From Flaccisagitta enflata (lineage: Eukaryota), in assembly GCA_965153355.1 (NCBI GenBank), contig OZ231126.1, positions 21,328,001 to 21,392,000 of the forward strand: a stretch of 64,000 nucleotides of DNA. Direction: 5' to 3'. Position 1 is the first letter of the stretch; each line of letters opens with the position of its first letter. Positions 1-14,262 of this stretch are shown here, piece after piece. The position numbers and the translations under genes were made by a program. Below the pieces are notes generated by a model. The model saw only the letters and a list, made by a program, of their open reading frames with translations, had not been told where the DNA came from and made no database searches.

Positions 1-1134
1 GGCTCGCGTTACGGCCAAAGTGGGCATTGAGTCGTTGGCCCGGCTTTAAAAATCGCCCTAAAATTTTTTGATGCGACTATTTGGTTTGAAAACGTCGTCG
101 TAACTGGCGTTCGATTAGGGCATTATTCAGGCATCCATAATAATAACTGAAAAGGTTAGTGCCACGGACGAGGCAATATAGGGGATGTAGAGGCTTGTGG
201 ACGGGGAGGACGCGGTCTGAGGGTAAGAGGACGCAAGGATATTGACTGATAGTAGTAAGGGGACATCTAATTTAGATATCGTGATTATCATGAATTTTTT
301 GGTCAATTCACATTTATAGACACTTAATAGGATGATTCAGGTCGATCGCTACCTTCAGATTGCACTTTTGAGCACAATAACCCTGCAAAAATGATGCTAG
401 ATTTGCCTCAGAATAATCGTTGATGATATGTCTTCACGTTTTAGGCCATATCCCATACATTTTTTAAGATAAATATAAAAAATTGGTGACCAAAATGAAG
501 AGTTTTAACAGACGAATCGACTGGTACCTTTGGCACGAATATTGGTCCAACCGTTCAAAAGTTATTGCTTACCAAAGGCAAAAAAAGAAATGTAAAACAT
601 TCAAAATGGGCAAATATTGCAATTTTCAGTACACTATTGATGATTAGTTGCGATTTTTGAGGCCAGCTGCTGGAACATGACCACCGCTAGAGAAAGTATG
701 GTACCGAGAGCAGTTTCTCACTAAAAACGGGATTGGATATACCTAAAACTGGTAAAAACTAAGCAAAAATGATCATTGGGGAAGGTGCTGTGAGGCCGAA
801 GACCACAAAACCCCATAAAAAGTAAAGTGTGATGGACAGATGGACTGACGGACCAACAAAGCGGGATGTAGAGTTTCCTAGCATGCGACTAAAAATGTGA
901 CAGACCGATGGACGGATTTACCGACGGACTGATGGACTGAAGGACTGATAGACTGAAGAACTGACAGACCGATTTTTGGGTTGGAAAACGAACTATGCAG
1001 AATCAAATTTGATCTACGCTAGGTGCGCTTTAATTTTCAGTTTTGCCGCATGTGCAGTGACATCACATGATTTTAAGTCACGTGCGCATGGCACTATGTG
1101 TTGCTCAGTGAGTAGCTTGGATGGTCCGCACAGG

Positions 1135-1528
1135 CGTTCGTTCTCGCATTTGCTCTTGCATTCACATTGCGTTTGCTCTCGCATTTGTTCTCGCGTTTGC
1201 TCTCGCGTCTGCTCTCGTATTTGCTCTCGCTTTTGCTCTTGCCTTTGCTCTCGCATTTGCTCTAGTGTTCACTCTCACCTATGCTCTCGGGTTTGGTCCC
1301 GCGTGTGCTCTCGCGTTTGCTCTTGTGTTCGCTCCCACATTTACTTTTGCGGTTGCTCTCACAGTTGCGCTTGAGTTTTCTCTCACGTTCACGTTTGCTC
1401 TCGCATTTGCCTCAGCTCTCGCCATTGCTTTTGCATTTTTTCTCGCGTTGGCTCTTGCATTTGCTCTCGCATCCGCTCTTGTGTTCACACTTGTGTTCTC
1501 TCCTGCTCTCTCTTGCTCTCGCTTTTGC
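1135..1528. repeat. 12-bp minisatellite (TTTGCTCTCGCR)
   Basis: Degenerate 12-nt period; explains the CSR/ALAF pseudo-ORFs. Confidence 0.85.
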
Positions 1529-1603
1529 CCTATTTATAATTGCTTTTTCGTCTGGGTTTGATGACCCCACAAAAAAAGCTTCACTGTTTGCCGAATTGTT
1601 TCA

Positions 1604-1803
1604 TTTTTAGTCGCGTGCTACGCGACTCTACCGCTATGTCGATCCATCGTTCGGTTGGTCGGTTGGTTGGTCGGTCCCCTTTTTGCACTTTTTGGCGTTT
1701 GGCTTTGAGCATACGGCTCCTGCCCAGATGCCCTAATGACCTTCTCCAGTACTGCTCCTGCCCACTCGCACGCAACTAGGGTAGCCGTGTATCTGGCCTT
1801 GTT
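1604..1803 (+). mobile_element. HINE/DINE-1-like family A copy (~200 bp)
   Basis: TTTTT-AGTCGCGTGCTACGCGACT palindromic subTIR, (GGTC/GGTT)n, second subTIR GCACGCAACT, terminal hairpin GCCGTGTATCTGGC-CTTGTT. Confidence 0.8.
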
Positions 1804-4800
1804 CCCTTAATTTCTTCTTTATTTCCTTCGTTGCTATCTCTCTCTCTCCATCCTTACAAATACATGTCGCTATCTCTCTCTCTCATCGACGATCAAGCAG
1901 TTTAATTTCATGCCGCAAACAGGAGCAATATGTCTTGAACTTTTGGTAGTATCATTTATACAAATGTAGTTTCTGGAATATAGGACGAGGATACGGGGAG
2001 GAGGAAGGGAAGAGGAGGGGAGGGGGAAGAGGAGGGGAGGAGGGGAGGAGGAGGAGGAACAGGAGGAACAATCAAGAAGAACTTTCTGTTTCTATTGTTT
2101 TCTCTTCTTCTTATTTCTTACCCCCAGTTTTCCATTTCTTGTCTCATTCCCTTGCCCAGAGATTGTCCTTAGATCCGGAATCAGAGTCCTTGTGAATTTT
2201 CCAATTTCTATTTTAAATGCGGCCGGTCAGAAGGTAGTAACGGTATGAGCTCTAGCTTGAACTAATCTGCTTGAATTTGGTCCCGAAAGATACTTTGGCG
2301 TATGCATATAACTCTGTTCATCTCATTTACCAAAATTTTGAACTTCTTAGGGGCCCCTAAGGGCCCCCAAAAAAGCCCCTAATGAGGATTTTTTTTGAAA
2401 AAAAAGTGGGGTGCAATCGATAGGAAATTGTTTGATTCGCCTAGATCCAAAATCTTGTATTTTTACTTTTTCAAAACTTGAAAAATTTTTGTGTCGCGCG
2501 TCAGGGACTTAAAAAAAAAATTTTCTTTTTAAAAATGGTTTTCAAAAGTTGGGTGCAATCAATAGGAAATTGTTTGATTTGCCTAGATCCAAAATCTTGT
2601 ATTTTTACTTTTTTTAAAAAAACTATGAAAATTTTTGTGTCACCCATTAGGAACTGAAAAAAAAAACACAATACAGTCGAGCTTCACTAGAGCGCACCCG
2701 CTAATAAGGCATCCCTCGCATCAAGGCATGATTTGAGAAGTCCCAACTTTTCTCTCTTTATTTCTTTGATGATAAGCCCCGCATATAAGGCACCCGCCTA
2801 TTAGGCAAATTTCACTATAGCGCATGAAAAATGGGGTTTTTGGTGGATATTTTGCTCGCTTTGAAGGCATGACAAACAAAATGTTTTTAAGATGAGCGTA
2901 AGCTAAGGGTGAAAGAGACGCCGATGAGAGCGATGAAGAGGAATACCAATGACGATGAGGAGGTATACCGATGATGTAGAGGAGCACGGATGATTATGAT
3001 GAAGAGGAAGTGAAAGAAACGGGAAGCTAGGGGGAAATGAATGGGAGAGGAGGAAGATGATGACGAAGAGGAGTGAAAACTTGATTTGCTGATAAATCCA
3101 TGCCAATAAAAGATCGATGATGCCATGCTAGTGTGTGAATGAGATTTTTTGCCACTTTGAGTTAAGCGAAATAGGTCTAAGACTGGTTGCTACCATGCTA
3201 GTTTCCAAATAACAGTGGCCAAAATAAAAACCGGACGCTCAGTTTTTCATGATTGACTGAATACTACACATACTTTTTACTTAAAATCCATCAGCATTTT
3301 AAAGAGCTTCAAAAACTCTACAAATCTAGACCAAGCAGAAACTTCTAGCTTAAGTCGTTTTGAAATGACATAAGATTGAAATTCAACACCTATTTTCTTA
3401 GAAGCAAATTACTGTGCCTGACAATAAGACACTTTTTGTTTCACATATTGTGTACAATAAAGAAATCAAATAAATGAAATTCAAGGTAAAATTGAAGTAT
3501 TTTTAATTTTCTACAAGATGGAATCAAGCAGAAATCATGATTCTTACTTGTTTACAAGCTATATTAATTCAAAGTTGGTTACTCTAAAAAGATTGATTCC
3601 AGATTCGAGATTTCTGAGTGGTTATCTTTAAAGCATCATAACTTCTAAAGTTTTGAAGCTACAATGTTCTGTGAGGGCTCAAATGAAAGATATTTCGAAG
3701 CTCTTTGAAACCATTATGGATTTTAAGGGTTTATCTTTCTTAGTTACTGAGCAATCCTTGATGAAAAAAACAGCGTCCATTTTTTTTTGGCCATTGTTAA
3801 TTGAAAGTGACAACTCTGTCCATATCTTTTGAGCTTTGCAGTCACTTTTCTAGTCTCATTCATGGTAAGGCAGGTGGCGAGCTGGTAAATGAAAAATGAA
3901 AACGTAAGACAGTTGACTTTTTTGCAAAAACTAAATGAAAATCCAAATTCTTTCTGTTGCAACTTCCAAGCATCCATCTATGTCAATTTGATCGCTTATT
4001 TGTGCAGAAATATACATGCTCGGCTATAAGGCACCTCGCCTAGAAGGCATGAAATCAACCAGTCCCTTGAGATGCCTTCTAGTGTATATTGTTTTAAAAT
4101 GAATTTCAAAAAAGTGGGGTGCAATCAGCCAAAATTGTTTGATTCGCCTAGATCCAAATCCTTGTAGTAACCTTATTTTTTTTAAACTTTGACTCTCTTT
4201 GAAATTCACTGTCGGCCATAACTTAAAAGAAAGTTTAAAGATTCTCCTGGAATTTCTTCAGCTTGATATGGTTCAAACATATGCTCATAACTTCTAAAGT
4301 ATTTGAGCAAGAACCTTGAAATTTGAAACGTGCAATATTGAAAGCGCTGAGCAGGTCCAGGCAAAAAATTGAGCTACTGACTGACCTATAAAAATTTTCG
4401 CGTCTAAGTCTACCCTGATGATGAATCGAGCACATGATTCATAAATTTGGAAAAAAACATCTGCTTTTAAGTGCGTCCTCGCACTTCTACAAGAGGTCCG
4501 TCGGTTGGTTGGTCGGTCGGTCGGTCGGTCGGGTAACGCATCTATCATACGTTAGAAAAGTGCAAAACGGCTGATTCTGACGTATTTTTTCATTCCTATC
4601 ACCTCTCATGCCACATTCATTTTCATTTCCATTCATTCATTCATTCATTCATTCATTCATTCATTCATTCATTCATTCATTCATTCATTCATTTATTCAT
4701 TCAAAACTTTGATTCACAAATTCTTAATCAAGCGAGGTGCACTTATTGGCCATAAGTTGGCCTTGTTCTTATGCACTGACTCACCCATAGTGAAATACAA

Positions 4801-4844
4801 CTGCTTAATTGAATATTGTCGCAGTGCTAAAAATGTCGTTCAAT

Positions 4845-5065
<221 letters not shown>

Positions 5066-5519
5066 ATCAAAATCCTGTCTGTTCGTTTCAGCATCATATC
5101 ATTGACATGACGATGACAGTAGCGATGAAAACATTGTTAACAACAACAGCAGCAACCTCAACAACAACAACAACAACAACGAATACAACCACAACAACAA
5201 CAACAGCAACAACATATGACATTTCGTCAAGCTTTGAGTGCATTCAGTAAACTAATGAGTCTAAAGAGTAACGGTCATGAAATTTGAGAAAATGAAAAAA
5301 AAAAACGATGTGCGTTCTCATTATAGCTCTAGATCATCAGACTTACCTCAGAATGTCAAAAACACTCAAAATATACTGAAAATATTGGCTGCTTTGGTGT
5401 CTAAACTGTCAATTTAAGTAATGTTGTGAATTGTGGGGCGTATCACTCGCTTGAAAAACAGCAATGGTGAAGATGACTAGCGATAAAATTTGTCTCGAAA
5501 AATCACATTTTATCCCATA

Positions 5520-5949
5520 CACTTTTTTTTTATAAGAGACCAGTTTATAAGAGACATGAGCCTGAGATTTGCCAAAATTTTAAGAACAAAATAAGAAACA
5601 GCCTAGGCTGAGATTTAGTCTTGACCATTTTCTAAAGAACTTTTTTTCAGTTTCTTATTTAAAACATGAATTGTATTCAAATTTTTCAGATATATAAGTT
5701 TTTTATTATTAGAAATGACATCTTTTTCTTATTTGCCTTTGAAATCAGGCATTTAAAAAAAACAAAACATAATGATCATTATGTTCAAGATACAATTGTT
5801 ATAAATAAGGTATTTTTATATGATTTTTAAATTTGTAAACATCAGAGAAATTAAGAACACTTTAAGAGAATTTCAGGCTGAAAATAGCTGAAAAATTAGG
5901 AACACCTAGGCTGATTCCAAAAAAGTTGTCTCTTATAAAAAAAAAAGGG
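5520..5949. mobile_element. TA-flanked MITE
   Basis: TA|CAC(T)nATAAGAGAC...GTCTCTTAT(A)nGGG|TA inverted termini. Confidence 0.7.
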
Positions 5950-7479
5950 TAGTGACTCGGTCCCTCGTTACTTTTGTTCCCTCACTCGCTCCGGCAGCGC
6001 TCCGCTTTGCTACGCTCGCATCACTTGCTCGCTCCATTCACAAGCTATCTCCCTTCCTTGTGGGGACAATTGAAATTCATATGTATTTGTATGTTACGCT
6101 GAAAACGCTTTTCACGGAAACACACCCAGTATATGACCTCATTCGGGCCAGAAACAGCCAAGAAACGCAGACGCATAGATGGGTGGGCAGACGGACAGAC
6201 GAATGAATGAACCAACTGACCTATGGATTGACAAGAAGTGGCCTATAGAGTCACGTGTCCGTAGTTTGAATGTGAGGGGCCTTAAAATTTGTAATATAAT
6301 TAAAGGAGGGATATTTTTCTTTTTTATGATTTTTGAATTACAGTTCATTTATACCAAATAAGGAGCATCAAGATAATTTCTTGATAGTGTTAGCACTATG
6401 ACCTTGTGTTTACGATGGTGTAATACTTTTTAGGAATTCCTATGCAGATCCGGCCATGCAAGCTTAACATCAAGAAATTGATGATTTTGATATATATCTT
6501 TAATTTTTCCGATTCGACTTTATACATGCACATAATCATGTTTATTATGTCAAGAGCTTTCGAACGATATGCTGCACTAAATATTTTGTTGGAATTAAAA
6601 ACAATCTATGAAGTATTGAGTTTTTTGTTTGACTTACCCTATTGGCTGCAGCGCCATAACCTTTCCGTGCGCAAGAAAATCAACCACCGCGAGGCAGCCA
6701 TTTTTACTAAAACAAACGTAACAAATGCATGCATGGTAGGAGGTGAGCGCATTGACCGATTTTGATGAAATTTGAGATGTAGGTCCTTCTTGGTCTACTC
6801 TTTCATATATATCTGAACTTCGTGAAGCGAAAAACAATAAGATCCCTTCCCGTTTCATCAAAGTTGAGGTCTATTTTGTTAGTTTCCGTGGATCGCAATA
6901 ACCATTTTTCTTCCGGTTTTCTATGATTTCTTGATGCTATATGATGTAATCTGACATGCTTTAGCATATTTAGCATTGATGATAGCTCATTGCCTGACAA
7001 TCAACACTCTTTATCTCATATTTAAGCTATCTTTGGCGCAGAAATTTCGCGTTTTTCAACGATTTTTTTACACGACCTTGCTGAGCGTCGTGACCGGTCG
7101 CTACTGATAGATGAAAAGAGAGAGGGAATTCAGAAACGTTTGGATGCGGAGATGCAAATGTGGGGTAAAGGAATACAGAAACAAGAGGACGCAGAAGGAA
7201 AATTGAGGAAGATGGACGCGGTAGAATGGATGAGATATTATTTGGAGGCAGAGAACCAGGGCTACGGAGGCAGCATTAGTAGCGCAGAGACATGAGGACG
7301 CGGGAATGATGAATCATGAGAGAGTGAAGATGCGGAGGCACGGTACAGAAGATGCGGCGGCTCAAGGATACAGGGATACAGGTTGAGTATGAGATATACG
7401 AGGCCATTAGGATACAGGAACTCAAGGATGCAGATGTCCTCACGATATGCAGAATAGCGAGTTAAATGAAGAAGTGAAG

Positions 7480-7920
7480 CGAGAGCAGGGCAGCGGCTGA
7501 TGTCCTGAAGACCACAGAAGTTAATCTCCGGACATCCTGCGCCGCAGAAGGCTAATTTAAGTCTTAGAAGGCCGTTTTGAAATTAATACTGTTCAATAGG
7601 AATTATGCTTTTTTTTTTAATTTTTCGTCAATATGCCATGTTATTCAACGGGAATTTCAAATTTTTTTCAATTTTCGTCAATTTACATGTTCTTCAATGG
7701 GATATATACATTTTTTTGTTTTGTTTTTTTTTGTAAATTTTCCATGTTATTCAATGGGAAGTTATCATTTTGTCAGTTATCAATGTTATTCAATGGGAAT
7801 TTGAGGCTTGAGAAGCTTTTGGGGGTAGTACGGACGGAAGGACGAATGTATGTACAGACTTATGGAAAGTCACCCCTGTGTCCAACAGCACATTGGCCCC
7901 TTGGGGCCGCTGCCCAGAAA
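7480..7920 (-). mobile_element. HINE-like family B copy
   Basis: GAGAGCAGGGCAGCGG at the left, CCATGTTATTCAATGGGA repeats inside, TTGGGGCCGCTGCCCAGAAA at the right. Confidence 0.7.
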
Positions 7921-9147
7921 GGTGCAAAAGCCATGTCTTGCAGCAGCTACTGCGTAAGTTGAGATCCAAGGAAATCAAAGACACGAACATGGATGAAAGT
8001 GTGACTATGCGAGGATATGAAAAAAGCCATTACCCAGAGTTTATGTGATGCCACTACACAGGGGTTATGTGATGCCACTACACAGGGGTTACTTGATGCT
8101 GAGACTGGAAAAGTGGAAAGCCACTACACAGAGGTTATTTGATGCTGAGACTGAAAAAGTGGAAGGGGGTGATGGAGAAGATGAACCTGTGGAGAAATGG
8201 GCACTCCACTCAATTTTCATTTCTTTTCACAGATGTGTGTGATTTCGACGAGTGATGATAAGGTCTTTAAAAAAGTCATCATGCAAAACAAGTGTTTCTA
8301 GATGCCCCATCTTTGTGAGACTGGTCAGTGGTCATCTATCTATGGTAAATTGGCCACATAGATGAATATTCTTTCATTGTCTTTTTTTCATTTCTATCAA
8401 AAGTTTAGATGTGAGATCGTTGCTGTTATTTGGCTCGCGGTAAAAATTTTCCAGCGTGGAAGGAATTACTCGGAAATGCGCAAAAGACGATGTAACATTA
8501 CCCAATGACTCACCTGTGTCTTTATATACCCCCATTCAATTTCTAAATAAAAGCACTTACATCTTCAGTTTATTCCCCATTCAATTTTTGAATAATAGCA
8601 CTTACATCTTCAGTTTATGTCTTTTGTTTGGCAATTTGTGAATACAGACCATTTGATCTTTTTTTTGTGTTGGACACGCGCCGAATACATATAACGCGTG
8701 AGTTACGACTAAAAATGCAATTTGCTCGATGTTTATTTGCATAATATGCATACAAATGCATACTTAAAGTTGCCCCCCCAAAAAGACACCTGAGGGATGT
8801 CCCGGTTCGACACCTGCTACTCTGGTATCAATACATCAAAAACGCCGCCAAAAAAATGAAATTTGCAAATTTCCCGTTGTTAAATGCCGCCAACACCTGT
8901 CGCAAAATTATTGAGGTCGTAATAATAAAAGATAGAAAAACAAAAAAAGAAATTGTTGGAGAAAACTATATTCTTACCCAGCTTAGTAGGAGCAACATGG
9001 GCTGCTTAAAAAAGGAAAAGCTTGAAATGAAGTAATATTATACACTGATTGACTAATTGATCAACCAAAACAGAAACATGTAGTCATTTATGATCATGAA
9101 TGACATGCACTTTACCAAAAACTTTGCGCAAAACCTCCAATATCTTT

Positions 9148-9343
9148 AAATAAGGTTGGATACACGGCTACCCCAGTCGCTTGCGGGTTGGCAGGGGCTG
9201 TGTTTGAGGTTACTTGAGTATTTGGGGAGTAGCAGTGAGGCCAAAGACTGCAAAAACCTGAAAAGGTAAAATGTGACAGACCTACAGACTAATGGACAAA
9301 GATGGACAAAGATGGGTGGAGAGTCGCGTATCATGCGACCAGA
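9148..9343 (-). mobile_element. HINE family A copy
   Basis: GGATACACGGCTACCCCAGTCGC...GGGCAGGGGC...GAGTCGCGTATCATGCGAC. Confidence 0.7.
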
Positions 9344-9939
9344 AAGTTTTACTGTCTCAAAACTAGATGATTTTGATTTTGAATTTCAAATCTTTTTACT
9401 TTATTACAATTTTGTATAGCCATGTCCCAATGAATATGCTGCGAATGTTTTAATGCGCTAGTTTCAGTGGGTCAACACTTTTTCCTTTCTTTGACGGCGC
9501 ATGCTTACGCAATGTGGATTGTATGAACTTCGTAAAAGGTTGCGTGCATACATGATTGTGTATCTACTCGATAGTATTGGTTGGCCGCCCTATCCGTTGC
9601 ACGTGTTTGTGTTTTTAATGACACACGACTCTGCATCTTGCTATGTCGGTCCGTTGGTTGGTCCATCCGTCAGTCAAAAAATGAAAATGTAGTCTTTGTA
9701 CGTCTTTTTATAGTGTAATAGGTCATGATAAGGTATGTAAGTTTGAAATACGGTTGCACTGTAGTTTTTTAATACTGTGGCACTGCATCTGCCCAACCAG
9801 CGCGACCTATCAAATGGCTGAAGATTTTACCAGAAATATGAATTTTGAATAAAAAGTTTAACAGATATGCAAGCAACACATCTGTAGGGAAAATATAAAG
9901 AATTTGAAAAATTTTGAAAATTTCAAAGGGAATTTCTTT

Positions 9940-10151
9940 AAAACAAAGCCAACACCTATAAGTCGCGTGCGAGACTTACAGATTGACTTAGAATGAATTA
10001 GAATGACTTAGAATGACTCAGTATACTCTTAGATGACTTTAAATGACTTAAAGAAATGAAATTGGTAAAAAAAGTAAAAGTGTGATGGACCGACAGACCG
10101 ACCAAAAGATGGACAAAGCGGGGTGTAGAGTCGCGTGCACGCGACTAAAAA
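9940..10151 (-). mobile_element. HINE family A subfamily with (AATGACTTAG)n interior
   Basis: AAACAAAGCCAACACCTATAAGTCGCGTGC...GTAGAGTCGCGTGCACGCGACTAAAA; inverted sister copy at 49760-49949. Confidence 0.72.
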
Positions 10152-10304
10152 TGATATCAATTCTCCTTCATAAAATTGACCTACCCATACAAGTCAGCAC
10201 GCTCGCTCGCTCGCTCTTCAACCCATATTCATCTAGACTCCACTGTGGCTCAGTTTGGCTTCCATTTTGGCTTCCTATAATGTAGGCCCGTTGCTATCTA
10301 TCAG

Positions 10305-10411
<107 letters not shown>

Positions 10412-10741
10412 CCTTCCTTCCCTCGCCGGGCATCGGACACGGATTTTAGGGTTATGGCACCGCGGTGCACCGCGTGGCACCGCGATAGGGCGTGATCGAA
10501 AAAGGAGGTCCAACATAAAGAAGAGCCCCTATGGCCATGACTGTGCCTTTCTTCGACGTTTAAGTTTCGAGCCTTGGACCAGAGTTATCCTTTTTGCATC
10601 GCAGAGTACATAAAGAAGTTACTATTTTATCTGGTTACAGAAATATGTCACAGTCGACTAGTCCGTTCGTAAATACTTTCAGTATGTGCACTGTTCCCTT
10701 TTACTCAGGGGGTGAATATGTGACCTTGCACCAGTCCATTA

Positions 10742-10805
<64 letters not shown>

Positions 10806-10951
10806 CTATCTATCTATCACAATAATACAATACATCTCTGTCTCATCTGTCTGTCTTTCTGTCTGTCTGATACGCTGTCTGCCAATGAGATGAATGCGCA
10901 TCATAATTCCACACCAAAACGTGGCTCATAAATCTTATTCATTCGTGTTTT

Positions 10952-11062
<111 letters not shown>

Positions 11063-11113
11063 GTATCATCTCTCTCTTATCTGTCTCTGTATCTGTCTCT
11101 GTATCTGTCTCTG

Positions 11114-11225
<112 letters not shown>

Positions 11226-11710
11226 AGTTCCTTCCTTTCCCCATCGTCGTTTCGGTCGTTTTCGTTGTCGTCTTCTTGGTATTGCTCCTTGGCAACTTTA
11301 TTTGGTGCTAAAGAGTCCCCCTCCTTCGTAAAAAAGAATGATTATCGCCGTCGTTCAACTTCTGTTCATTGCTGCATGGGCTGTAACACTTCCTCCTTTA
11401 CTTCTTTCATTGCCTAAAAGGGCTGTAACACTTCCCCCTTTACTCCTTTTCACTGCGGAATGAGCTATAACAATTTCGCCTTAAAATCCTTTTTTTTCAT
11501 ATCTGTGTTTGGGCAGTAAATCTCTTATTCAATCACTTGATAATCAAAACAGATTCGAAAGGGGAAATAAGGAAAAGTTCAGATTAAAACTTCATGACAC
11601 AAAACCTTATGACGCAGATTGTGGTTTCCCAATTCCATTCCTTTTCAGTCATAGACTGACAGAACGTAAAAGCACAGGCCAATGGTACACAGCCTACCCC
11701 GTAATCTGGG

Positions 11711-11981
11711 GTGATATTAAACCCCGGGGGTTACTCGGGGTTGCTTGGGGTTGAACCCCAAGTAAACCCCAAGCAACCCAAGCTCGGTGTTTGCTCTGGG
11801 TTGCTCAGGATTTGCTCGGGGTTTGCTTGGGGTTGACAGAAATCCTTCAACTATTTACTTCTGAGCCAACCCCGAGCCAACCCTGAGCTAGCTCGAGCAA
11901 CCTCGAGTAACCCCGGGGTTGCTTGGGGTTGCTCGGGATTGCTTGGGGTTGGCTCTGGTTTGGCTCGGGGTTTGATCTCAC
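11711..11981. repeat. Foldback/MITE-like element built of GGGGTTGCTC-type 10-mers in both orientations
   Basis: Ends GTGATATTAAACCCC and GGGGTTTGATCTCAC (13/15 inverted match). Confidence 0.6.
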
Positions 11982-12159
11982 GTTTTTGGGCAGCGGCCCC
12001 AAGGGCCAATGTCTCTTTCACACAGCAGAAATTTCTCCTTCTCCTCCTTCTCCTTGGTACCCCCTCGCTTGGACCAAAAAAAAATTAGAGGAGTGATGTT
12101 AAAAATCCACCCATTGACTCCCAGTGGTCTGTCTCAAATTTGACTCAAAAATAACAGTG

Positions 12160-12531
12160 GACCTGCCACCGCCGCCTCTGCCTCCACTGTTATAGCCCCC
12201 CTCCTGCCACCGCCGCCCTCACCAGCTTTGTTGCCCCCTCCCATGCTGCTACACAATGTGTAGTACACATCTTCCTCACCATTAAAGTGAAAAAAAAAAT
12301 TCTCTCCCACCTCCACATCCTCCTCAACCACCACTGCCTCCTCATTCCTCCTCCTCCCTTGCCACCACCTCCTCTCCTCAACCTCCTCATCCTCCTCCGC
12401 CGCCGCAGCCGCCTCCCCCACAACCACCGCCACCTCCTCCTCCCCTGCCACCGCGTCCTCCTTTTCCGCCATAGCCTCCTCCTCCTCCATTGCTGCTGCC
12501 GCCGCCGCCTCCTCCTCCTCCTCCTCCTCCT

Positions 12532-12578
<47 letters not shown>

Positions 12579-13470
12579 TCCTCTCCTTGAATTTTTTTAA
12601 ATTATTCTTTTAATTCATTTCAAATACTTTTTTTAGATTTTCTCTTTTTTTTTTTCATTTCTTTTATTTGATTTCTTTTAAATTTGATTCTTTTTTTGAT
12701 ATCTTATAAAATGTTCTTTGAATTTTTTTAAATTTGATTTTTTTTGTAAAGGAGGCGGCGGCGGCGGCAGTTGGGGAGGAGGAGGCGGCAGAGGAGGAGG
12801 AGGAGGCGGCGGCGGCGGCGACAGCAGAGTGGGAAGAGGAGGAGGAAGATGAGGAGAGGAGGCGGTGGTGAAGGAGGAAGTAAGAGGCGGCAGCGGCGGC
12901 GGTGGCGGAGAAGGACGAGGAGGAGAGGAGGCGGCGGTGGCGGAGAAGGACAAGGAGTGGAGGCGGCGGCGGCGGCAGCGGAGAAGAACGAGGAGGAGAG
13001 GAGGCGGCGGCGGCGGCGGAGAAGGTCGAGGAGGAGAGGAGGCGGCGGCGGCGGAGAAGGACAAGGAGGAGTGGAGGCGGCGGCGGCAGCGGAGAAAGAC
13101 GAGGAGGAGTGGAGGCGGCGGCGGCGGCGGAGAAGGATGAGGAGGAGAGGTGGCAGCAGCAGCGGAGAGGGACGAGGAGGATAGGAGGCGGCGGCGGCGG
13201 CGGCGGCTGCGGCGGCGGAGAAGGACGAGGAGTGGAGGCGGCGGCGGCGGCGGCGGCGGCGGAGGAGGAGGAGCAGCAGCAGCAGCAGGAGGAGGAGGCG
13301 GCGGCGGCGTTAAAGAGATAGTAGCAGCTGAAAGTAATCTCTACAATGAAAATACCCATGATACAAAACAAATGGAGGAGGCGGCGGCGGGAGATTGAGA
13401 TCATGTAGACAGATTTGTTGTAGCAGAGGCAGAGGCGGCGGCGGCGGCGGAGGCAGTGGCAGCAGCACTG
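12160..13470. repeat. GC-rich trinucleotide foldback: (CCT/CCG)n arm, T-rich spacer, (GGC/GAG)n arm
   Basis: Strand composition flips across 12590-12750; the right arm has ~33-nt higher-order units containing GGCGGCGGAGAAGGACGAGGAG. Confidence 0.75.
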
Positions 13471-13959
13471 ACAACTATTTAAGTAGGGTCTATATTGTAG
13501 AAGAAGAGAGAGGGTGGTATAGTAGTGGGAAAAGGGGTGGTGAATGATTGAGATCATGTTAGCAGTTGGATCTCAGGCAGAGGCAGTGGCAATGGCCCTA
13601 ATAAGATGGTATTTCCAATGGGCAGGGGCTATGGGCAGGGTCATTTCAGCCCGCTGGTTGTCACTACCTCTAAAAATCTGAGATGTAGATGCTTTTTGGG
13701 TATGTGTAATGGATAAATGGTAGGGAGGCGTGGGGTGTGAATAAGGGTTGGATGCCCCTGCCCACCCGTCCGCAACGATATCGTGACCCCTTGTCACTTG
13801 TATCTTTTATCTTTGTCCTAATTCCATCATTCCCTCTTTGGCATCTTATTCTTTCTGATATTTTTCTTTCTTTTTTTTTTTTTTTTTTTTGCTCATTTTG
13901 CTCAATTTGCTAATTTCTTCTTTTTTTCCTTTTTTTTTTGGTTTCGTTTTTGTTTTTGT

Positions 13960-14262
13960 CAGGCCTGTATATCATTGAGTCCCCCCCCCCGTGGGGTTTA
14001 GAGATGGGGAAGAAAATCAAAGGGGGAAAAAAGAGAAAAAAGAGAAAATTTGGGGAAAATATAACTTTTAGCAGTACCAAATCATAAATAATGATTAGTA
14101 CAACACAATTTAACACTATTTAAACCTTAACTACACTGTTTCACTGCCTTATGGGGAAGAAAATCATACATTTTAAAATGAGACGCAACGGGTCGCGGGG
14201 AAGAAAATCAAAGGCAGGGGAGGGGAAAAAAATCAAAAGCGACTCAATAATGTACACCCCTG
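13960..14262. mobile_element. hAT-type MITE
   Basis: TIRs CAGGCCTGTATATCATTGAGTC and GACTCAATAATGTACACCCCTG; 8-bp TSD GTTTTTGT / GATTTTGT (1 mismatch). Confidence 0.72.

Noticed and set aside
11711-11981. Interstitial telomeric repeat
   Set aside because: The period is about 10 nt with mixed orientation, not TTAGG or TTAGGG.
12664-13557. Pro/Ala/Ser- or Gly/Arg-rich protein ORFs
   Set aside because: Triplet repeats are open in several frames on both strands; no domain or splice support.
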